Of a DNA stretch of 32,000 bases, positions 17,492-23,621 are shown piece by piece (positions within the stretch are counted from its first letter, which is position 1; every line of letters starts with the position of its first letter). Origin of the DNA: Pyrodictium occultum (GTDB lineage: Archaea; Thermoproteota; Thermoprotei_A; Sulfolobales; Pyrodictiaceae); NCBI RefSeq assembly GCF_001462395.1, contig NZ_LNTB01000001.1, positions 420,001-452,000 on the forward strand, written 5' to 3'. The notes beneath the pieces were generated by a model, which was not told the origin of the DNA, searched no databases, and saw nothing but the letters and a program-made list of their open reading frames with translations. The position numbers and the translations under genes were made by a program.

Positions 17492-18115
17492 TTGGCTGGG
17501 AGCCTCAACATCCTTGTAAGCGGCGTGGGGGGCCAGGGCCTCATAACGCTCTCGACCATAATAGCGAGGGCGGCGCTGCGCCGCGGCGTGGACGCGCTGG
17601 TGGCGGAGACCCATGGGCTCAGCCAGAGGGGTGGCATAGTGACTGTCCACGTTAGGCTGGGCGACGTGGACGCCCCCCTGGTGCCCCGGGGAGCCGCGGA
17701 CGCGGTACTCTCCATGGAGCTTATAGAGGCTGTTAGGAGCCTAGCCTACCTCCGCCCCGGGGGCACGGTGGTGGTCAACGACTACCTCGTGCCCCCGCCG
17801 CTGCCCGGCGTAGAGGTGCCCCCGGCCCAGAGGCTCATAGAGGAGCTGGGGAGGAGGGCCGGCAGGCTGGTAGTCGTGCCGGCCACCAGCGAGGCCCTGA
17901 GGCTCGGCGACTCGAGGGTTGCCAACATGGTCCTCCTGGGTGCTGCCCTCGAGGCCGGGGTGTTCGAGGGCTATATTGACGAGGCAGCCGTGGAGGAGGC
18001 TATACGCGAGGCCTGGCCGCGGGCGGCGGAGATCAACCTGGCGGCCCTCCGAGCCGGCCGCGAGGCCGCGAGGAAGGCGCTGGAGGCGGTGGCCGCGGCC
18101 CCGAGAAGCCCCTAG
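17492..18115 (+). CDS. iorB: Indolepyruvate:ferredoxin oxidoreductase, beta subunit
   Basis: 207 aa. NILVSGVGGQGLITLSTIIARAA...ETHGLSQRGGIVTVHVRLGD is the gamma-domain pattern of 2-oxoacid:ferredoxin oxidoreductases. It lies directly after iorA. Confidence 0.9.
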   Translation: MAGSLNILVSGVGGQGLITLSTIIARAALRRGVDALVAETHGLSQRGGIVTVHVRLGDVDAPLVPRGAADAVLSMELIEAVRSLAYLRPGGTVVVNDYLVPPPLPGVEVPPAQRLIEELGRRAGRLVVVPATSEALRLGDSRVANMVLLGAALEAGVFEGYIDEAAVEEAIREAWPRAAEINLAALRAGREAARKALEAVAAAPRSP

Positions 18116-18147
18116 GAAATGGATAGCAGTAGCGCAGGGCCCCCGGG

Positions 18148-18801
18148 CTACTCCACTGGCACGAGCCGCCCAGACTCTATCCTGTATACCCTGAAGCCGG
18201 GGAGTGCATCCGCCACACCTCTCTGAGGAGAGGTGGCTACCACTGCGACTCCGCGGCGTAGCAGGCTCTCTAGAAGGCTGCTCAGCGACTCCGACGCCTC
18301 ATCGTCTAGGCCCGTGAAGGGCTCGTCTATGACCAGCGCCCTGGGCCTATGGAGCAGCGCGCGGGCTATGTTAGCCCTCTTCTTCCACCCGAAGCTCAGC
18401 TCCCCGGCCCTGGTGTCGAGATAGCGGTGGAGCCCGAGCACCTCTACCACCTCGTCGCCCTCCGGCTCGTAGCCCTCAACGCCGTAGAGCCTGGCGTAGT
18501 ACTCGAGGTTCTCCCGGACGGTGAGCTCGTCGTAGAGGAGGCTATGGTGGAGCACGACCCCGACGAAGCGTCTAGCGCCCGGGAGGCTGGGCGGCTGCCC
18601 CTCCACCAGTACCCTGCCGCGGCTCGGCCTGGTCAGCCCGACGAGTATACGTAGGAGCGTCGTCTTGCCAGACCCGTTGGGCCCGACTATCAGCACTCCC
18701 CCGCCCGCCCCGGCGCAGAGGTTCACCCCCCTCAGCACCCAGCCACGGCTCCAGTCATAGCGTTTCCAGACGTCTATGGCTTCCAGCACACAGGCTTGCA
18801 A
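18148..18801 (-). CDS. ccmA: ABC transporter ATP-binding protein, CcmA-like by context (haem export/release ATPase)
   Basis: 217 aa with Walker A GPNGSGKTT, a degenerate signature LSFGWKKR and Walker B LVIDEPFTGLD. The ABC ATPase call is secure. The CcmA assignment rests on the neighbouring ccmB/C/E/F genes. Confidence 0.7.
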   Translation of the reverse strand: MQACVLEAIDVWKRYDWSRGWVLRGVNLCAGAGGGVLIVGPNGSGKTTLLRILVGLTRPSRGRVLVEGQPPSLPGARRFVGVVLHHSLLYDELTVRENLEYYARLYGVEGYEPEGDEVVEVLGLHRYLDTRAGELSFGWKKRANIARALLHRPRALVIDEPFTGLDDEASESLSSLLESLLRRGVAVVATSPQRGVADALPGFRVYRIESGRLVPVE

Positions 18802-18843
18802 GGGGGATCCGCGCCCTCACGCACTCTAGGCCTGGGAGAAATG

Positions 18844-18863
18844 GGCCCGGGAGCTCCCGGGCC
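18844..18863. promoter_or_regulatory. Perfect 20-bp palindrome GGCCCGGGAGCTCCCGGGCC between an AT-rich box (18864..18875) and the ccmA start
   Basis: Read directly. On the minus strand the order is: stop of the monohaem cytochrome gene, CTTTTTAAATAA (T-run and TATA-like box), the palindrome, then ccmA ATG 18801. Confidence 0.4.
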
Positions 18864-18895
18864 TTATTTAAAAAGCCTTAAGTTCAGAAGGAGGC

Positions 18896-19528
18896 CTAGC
18901 GCCGGGCCCGGAGGAGAGCGACGGCGAGAGCCACTATGGCTATGACGAGCACTGCTATGCCTATCGGCAGGGCGGTGTTCACGAGTCCCTTGCTCTGCTG
19001 GGATGGATTAGGCGTGGCCACGCTGGGTAACGTGGTGTAGCTCGGGGTGGTCGCGGCTGTAGTGGTAGCGGCGGGTGCCTGCGTAGAGGTCGTAGTCGTT
19101 GCACTAGCGGTTGCTGTAGTAGATGTGGCAGAGGCCGTCGATATAGTAGTCGTGGCGGCCTGGCCCGCGCCAGCGCCCCTGGCGCTGTTGAATACGTGCT
19201 CGAAGTATGCCTTAAGCTCTGGAGTCATGCCCGGCTTCATGCTCATCAGCTGGTCCCATGTCTTAGCATTCTGGAACATCTTGAAGTGAGGGGCCTCAGA
19301 CTCTACAGCCTTGTCGAGGCTAGGGTACGTGGAGGCCCATTCTCTAATCTTCTTGACAACGCCCTCAAAGGTGGGTGCGAGCCCGCCGTTATGACAGCTG
19401 CTGCAGCCTTTAGATGCGAACTCCTGCTTAGCCTGCTGATCCGAGAGAACGCCAGCGGCGAAAACGGGTGAGGCAACGCCTATCAGTATTACCGCGACGG
19501 CTAGGGCTAGAGGGATAGCACGCCTCAT
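18896..19528 (-). CDS. Monohaem c-type cytochrome with signal peptide, Thr/Ala/Ser-rich linker and C-terminal membrane anchor
   Basis: 210 aa. The signal is MRRAIPLALAVAVILIGVASPVFAAG. There is a single CSSCH motif and candidate Met ligands (MSMKPGM). A linker of about 60 aa (ATTTISTASATSTTATASATTTTSTQAPAATTTAATTPSYTT) is followed by LPIGIAVLVIAIVALAVALLRARR. Confidence 0.8.
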   Translation of the reverse strand: MRRAIPLALAVAVILIGVASPVFAAGVLSDQQAKQEFASKGCSSCHNGGLAPTFEGVVKKIREWASTYPSLDKAVESEAPHFKMFQNAKTWDQLMSMKPGMTPELKAYFEHVFNSARGAGAGQAATTTISTASATSTTATASATTTTSTQAPAATTTAATTPSYTTLPSVATPNPSQQSKGLVNTALPIGIAVLVIAIVALAVALLRARR

Positions 19529-19565
19529 ACCCTCATACCCCGTGCTTCACCTATGGGTTTCCTAT

Positions 19566-19580
19566 GTGTATTTAATACTC
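19566..19580 (-). promoter_or_regulatory. Candidate BRE/TATA (minus strand GAGTATTAAATACAC) for the monohaem cytochrome gene
   Basis: This is the AT-rich box in the 169-nt gap after nrfD. Its centre is 46 nt upstream of ATG 19528. It is near-identical to the box upstream of ccmC. Confidence 0.45.
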
Positions 19581-19697
19581 TTGTACTCACTCTTTGTACC
19601 CACTTCACCCTTTGGGGGCAGAGCATACGGATGCGGGGGCATTGAAAAATCCATGAACTTTGCCGAGCCGGTAAACCGTCCCAGAGCAGGGGCCGGC

Positions 19698-20945
19698 CTA
19701 AGATGTCTTAAAGTAGTGGGCCATCACAGCCTTGAGGGTTGGCCTGGCGAGCAGCAGGTATACTAGTATGCCGAGGGCGTGCACGCCAATGGTTATACCT
19801 ATCTCTATCGGCGTCGGGTAGTATGGCCTCACCTCGCCCAGGGTGCTGGGCTCGAAGGCTGGCAGCACTATCCTCATAGTCTTCTCGGCCACGACAGCTA
19901 CTATCGTGAGCGATGCTATGAATAATATGCCCCTCTTAGTGCTGTGGATGCGCGGCAACAGGCTTAGTATGACAGCGGCGGCGCCTAGAGATATCCAGAG
20001 CCATGCCAGCACCGACACGTACGGCAGATGCTGCCCCAGGAACATCGTTGCTGCCTGTGCCTTCTTGAGGGGCTCTGTGGTGTACCAGAATATCTCCTGC
20101 GCATCGCTGAGGGTGAAGTAGAGGCCTACTACTAGGCCGCCCACTATAACGTAGAGCGTCCTTCTGTAGACCTGGACATCTATCTTGAACCCATCCACAT
20201 ATCTTTCAGCTATGTAGAGGGCTACCAGCAGTATGGCTGGACCGCTGGCGAACGCCGTGGCAACGTACTCGGGGGCCAACAGTGGACTGTTCCATATAGG
20301 CCTCGCTGTTAACGCCTGGGAGATGAATCCGGTTACCGTGTGTATACCTATGGCGAAGGGCGCTGCTATTGTTATGAAGGGCACTATGAACTTCTTGGGT
20401 AGCGGCTTGTCCTGGCGGTAGTAGTGGACCGATGCTAGCACCCCTATCAGGTTTATGGTGAGGTAGCCAGTTATCACTATGAAGTCCCAGTCGAGCATCG
20501 AGTGTAGGTTGGGCAGCTGGGGCATCAGTATGAGCGCGCGTATTGGCCTGCCGAGATCGACGACGATAAGCATTAGCACGGTTATGAGTGCTGCTACGGC
20601 TTGTACCTCACTTAACGGGGCTATCTTCTTGAACTCCTCGTCCCCGAACACATATGCAGCCAGGCCGAAGGCTATGCCGGCGGCGGCTACACCGACCCAG
20701 AATATGAAGAAGGATATGTAGAGCCCCCATGCAACGCTGTCATTCATTGCCGTTAGTATAAGCCCGCCCTTGTCGCTTCCAAGGAATATGGGGGCGTGCT
20801 GCACGAATATCCAGAGGTAGAGGCCGTAGATGGCTACCAGCAGCAGCCCCAGCCCCGCTGCATAGTAGCGCGGGTTGTCCGAGACCAGGGCCTCTCTCAC
20901 AATGTACTTTATTGTACCCCAGAGACTAGGGCTCTCCCTGCTCAC
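19698..20945 (-). CDS. NrfD/PsrC-family integral membrane quinone-interacting subunit (long, about 10-helix type as in ActC/DsrP/HmeC)
   Basis: 415 aa and highly hydrophobic. Family-like segments are present: SVAWGLYISFFIFWVGVAAAG, VVDLGRPIRAL, HSMLDWDF, PIWNSPLLAPEYVATAFASGPA. It overlaps the Fe-S subunit gene by 4 nt. Confidence 0.85.
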   Translation of the reverse strand: MSRESPSLWGTIKYIVREALVSDNPRYYAAGLGLLLVAIYGLYLWIFVQHAPIFLGSDKGGLILTAMNDSVAWGLYISFFIFWVGVAAAGIAFGLAAYVFGDEEFKKIAPLSEVQAVAALITVLMLIVVDLGRPIRALILMPQLPNLHSMLDWDFIVITGYLTINLIGVLASVHYYRQDKPLPKKFIVPFITIAAPFAIGIHTVTGFISQALTARPIWNSPLLAPEYVATAFASGPAILLVALYIAERYVDGFKIDVQVYRRTLYVIVGGLVVGLYFTLSDAQEIFWYTTEPLKKAQAATMFLGQHLPYVSVLAWLWISLGAAAVILSLLPRIHSTKRGILFIASLTIVAVVAEKTMRIVLPAFEPSTLGEVRPYYPTPIEIGITIGVHALGILVYLLLARPTLKAVMAHYFKTS

Positions 20946-21985
20946 GCGTGGCCACCCCCTACCTGCCCCTCGGCTGCAGCTTGCTTGCGTGGAGGCGTGC
21001 GGGCTGGGCCGAAGAAGTAGAAGAACCTGGGCTTGGTACCCGCCTCGGGCTTAAGCACGAAGGCGCCGTACTCCTCCAACACCCTTCGTATTGGGCTATT
21101 GGGGTCGTTGAGGTCTCCGAACACCCTGGCGCCGACGGGGCAGACTTCGACGCACGCCGGCACCCCGCCGTCACGGGTGCGCTGGATGCACCAGGTGCAC
21201 TTCTCCATCACGTGGGGCTGCCTCGGTATATTGCCGAGTATATGCATATTGGGGTTTAGCTCCGTCACCGGTATGTAGGGCTTGGCCCAGTTGAAGTGGC
21301 GGGCGCCGTAGGGACAGGCGACCATACAGTACCTGCAGCCTATACAGCGGTCGTAGTCGACCACCACTATGCCGTCGGGCTCCTTCCAGGTGGCCCGCAC
21401 CGGGCACACCATGACGCACGGCGGGTCCTCGCAGTGCATGCAGGCTATCGGCACGTACACCTTGTCCGGCTTCGGCGCATCGTTATAGTGCATGTTGGCC
21501 TCCGTTATCTCCATTTCCTTCCGGGGCATCTCGACTACTTTTATCCACTCTATGTGCAGGTTCCTAGCCTGGTTGTTCTCCATAACGCAGGCGTAGGCGC
21601 AGCGGCGGCAGCCAATACACTTATTGACGTCGAGCGCCATTGCGTAGCGTACTCCCTTCCGGGGCCCGGTGGCCTTAACCCTTATCATCGCGCAGCGTTT
21701 CCGCGCCTCCCTGCAAGCATCGGAGCTCTCACCCCTCGCCCTGCATATCTTCTCAGCCTCCGCGCTGCACCACCTCTTTATCTTGACCTCCTTCTCTCGC
21801 GCCCTCCTCTCCAGGGGCGAGCCTGCCTCGGCAGCCTCGGCGACCAGGTCCTCGATTTTGACCGGCACCAGTATCTTCCTTAGGTGGGACCTGTCGACAG
21901 CTATGAACGATACAGCTGAGGCGCCGGCCGCGAGCGCAGCCGCCTTGAGGAAATCCCTTCTAGACCTATCCACCCCGCCCGACAA
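20942..21985 (-). CDS. Tat-exported four-cluster [4Fe-4S] ferredoxin-type subunit (NrfC/PsrB/DsrO/ActB2-like)
   Basis: 347 aa with a twin-arginine signal (SRRDFLKAAALAAGASA). Four cluster motifs are present: CIGCRRCAYAC, CMHCEDPPCVMVCP, CIGCRYCMVACP and CTWCIQR...ACVEVCP. An extra N-terminal Cys-rich helical segment is also present. Confidence 0.9.
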   Translation of the reverse strand: MSGGVDRSRRDFLKAAALAAGASAVSFIAVDRSHLRKILVPVKIEDLVAEAAEAGSPLERRAREKEVKIKRWCSAEAEKICRARGESSDACREARKRCAMIRVKATGPRKGVRYAMALDVNKCIGCRRCAYACVMENNQARNLHIEWIKVVEMPRKEMEITEANMHYNDAPKPDKVYVPIACMHCEDPPCVMVCPVRATWKEPDGIVVVDYDRCIGCRYCMVACPYGARHFNWAKPYIPVTELNPNMHILGNIPRQPHVMEKCTWCIQRTRDGGVPACVEVCPVGARVFGDLNDPNSPIRRVLEEYGAFVLKPEAGTKPRFFYFFGPARTPPRKQAAAEGQVGGGHA

Positions 21986-22003
21986 GCCGAGACACCCCGG
22001 GAT

Positions 22004-22735
22004 TCAGGCTCCAGAGGAGTTCTTACGGGAGCGCTCATAGGGCAGAACGAGTGCTCCCAGGACGAGGATCAGGCCCCCTACAACCGCCGCTATGTTGCCA
22101 TAGGTGACGCTGCTCTCATTGGGGGGCGGCGGCCTAAAGGAAGGCTCCGGGAGTATGTTGAGGGCCTTGAGCACCGGGTTGTGGGGGTCGTGGCACTCGA
22201 CGCAGGCCCTCGCAGGCACCGTCTTCAGGTCCTTGTAGCTGGGGCAGATGTGGAAGTTGTATATGACGCCCTTGTAGCCCTTAACCTTAACCACCTTGCC
22301 GCCCTGGCATACGAACGTCTTATTGCCGTGGACCAAGTTGATGTAGTCCCTGTACTCGCGTGGATGGCAGACGGCGCAGACCTTGTTGGTCTCCATCAGC
22401 TTGTCCCGGCTATGGGGCCCAGGTATGTAGACCTTCGCACCCCCCACAAGGTTTATCATTGTAGGCGGCCGGTGGCAGTTGGAGCATACAAGGCCACGAT
22501 GGGCGCCCTTTGTAAGGTTTATACCGTGGAAGGGCACCACCTTACGGTTGCCCGGCAAGTTCATGGCAGCATGGCACTTTGTGCATGGGTATATCTGGTA
22601 GAGCTGCTGGCCAGCTTGCTCGGCGCCGGCCCTGGCTGCAAGGGCTAGCGACAACACGACCATGGACAACAGCATGAGGATGGCTACAGCCCTAGAGCCA
22701 CGGAGCCACCCGTTTCTCAACGCATTCACCTCCAT
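22004..22735 (-). CDS. Tetrahaem c-type cytochrome with N-terminal signal/anchor and C-terminal transmembrane helix
   Basis: 243 aa with CxxCH motifs at residues 51 (CTKCH), 84 (CSNCH), 120 (CAVCH) and 178 (CVECH), plus many distal His candidates. The C-terminal segment is IAAVVGGLILVLGALVLPYERSRK. Confidence 0.85.
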   Translation of the reverse strand: MEVNALRNGWLRGSRAVAILMLLSMVVLSLALAARAGAEQAGQQLYQIYPCTKCHAAMNLPGNRKVVPFHGINLTKGAHRGLVCSNCHRPPTMINLVGGAKVYIPGPHSRDKLMETNKVCAVCHPREYRDYINLVHGNKTFVCQGGKVVKVKGYKGVIYNFHICPSYKDLKTVPARACVECHDPHNPVLKALNILPEPSFRPPPPNESSVTYGNIAAVVGGLILVLGALVLPYERSRKNSSGA

Positions 22736-22777
22736 GATCTAGCCGCTACGCCAGACGCGCTCCGCCAGGCATTCTGC

Positions 22778-22791
22778 CATGATTAAATCTG
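22778..22791 (-). promoter_or_regulatory. Candidate TATA box (minus strand GCAGATTTAATCAT) for the tetrahaem-FeS-NrfD operon
   Basis: The AT-rich box has its centre 49 nt upstream of ATG 22735, the same spacing as the other island promoters. Confidence 0.35.
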
Positions 22792-23028
22792 CTAGGGCCG
22801 AGGCTTACAATAAGAATTAGCCCGAAAGAATTCCCTCCATACACGCCTGCCACAGGATGATAGAAGTTCCCGGAGGATCCTCCGCGGGTCCGCCAGGCCC
22901 CAGATGCGGAGAGGACCGGGGCTCTACGCGACCCAGCATCAGGAGACGTGCTTAGAGGAGGGGGACCAAGGGTTGCGTGAAAACTCTGAGAAGGGCTCGA
23001 GGATGTAACTGGATGGCGCCGCGCTGGT

Positions 23029-23577
23029 CTAGCCCTCAACCCTCCCAGCGGGCGCCTTATAGCTCTCGTGACAGCCCTCGAATATCTTGGACACTAGGAG
23101 CACACTATAGGGGCCGGCTACCCTGGAGCCTGTGGAGGGATCCAGGAGGACCGCCTCCAGGGCTGGGTCGTAGGTACCCTCTACCACTATCCTCGAGGAG
23201 ACTGCAGGGCTGCCGCCATAGAGGGTCTTGAAGGTCGTTGCACTGTATAGTGCTAGGATCTTTGTATGGCCATCCTGCCCCTCTAGTATGAACACTGCAT
23301 AGCTATCGTCGCTGCCGAAGCGGGGGCCGCTTACCCTGCTAGCCACGGCGTAGGAGCCATACCCCTTGACTAGGAATAGCGTGTCTCCCACCCGGAGCAG
23401 GTAGGTGCCGCTCAGGCTGACCGGCCGCCCCTTGACCGTAACGTAGGCCTTGTACTCGAGGTTCTTTAGACTCGATACATCCCGGTAGTCGGAGGATTTT
23501 ATGCCTACAAGCCCTATGGCGAAGAGAAGCGCGAACAAAACCCCTGCTAAGACGATGTATTTACCTGCTTTAACCAT
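23029..23577 (-). CDS. ccmE: Haem chaperone CcmE, archaeal/Desulfovibrio-type with CxxxY in place of HxxxY
   Basis: 182 aa with an N-terminal anchor (YIVLAGVLFALLFAIGLVGI), a beta-rich body and a C-terminal VSKIFEGCHESYKAP. The CHESY motif is encoded at 23059..23073, and I verified it codon by codon. This parallels the canonical ...AKHDENY.P. The gene lies directly downstream of ccmC. Confidence 0.75.
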   Translation of the reverse strand: MVKAGKYIVLAGVLFALLFAIGLVGIKSSDYRDVSSLKNLEYKAYVTVKGRPVSLSGTYLLRVGDTLFLVKGYGSYAVASRVSGPRFGSDDSYAVFILEGQDGHTKILALYSATTFKTLYGGSPAVSSRIVVEGTYDPALEAVLLDPSTGSRVAGPYSVLLVSKIFEGCHESYKAPAGRVEG

Positions 23578-23621
23578 ACAGACCCCATGCTGGGGGCTGG
23601 GCGACTGCGTTAGTATAAGAC

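Noticed and set aside
22746-23039. 97-aa ORF filling the ccmE-cytochrome intergenic gap, considered as a possible small ccm gene (ccmD/ccmH-like).
   Set aside because: It has no hydrophobic helix and no CxxC motif, and its composition (P/S/R/G) is that of an off-frame GC-rich translation. It starts inside the ccmE 3' end.
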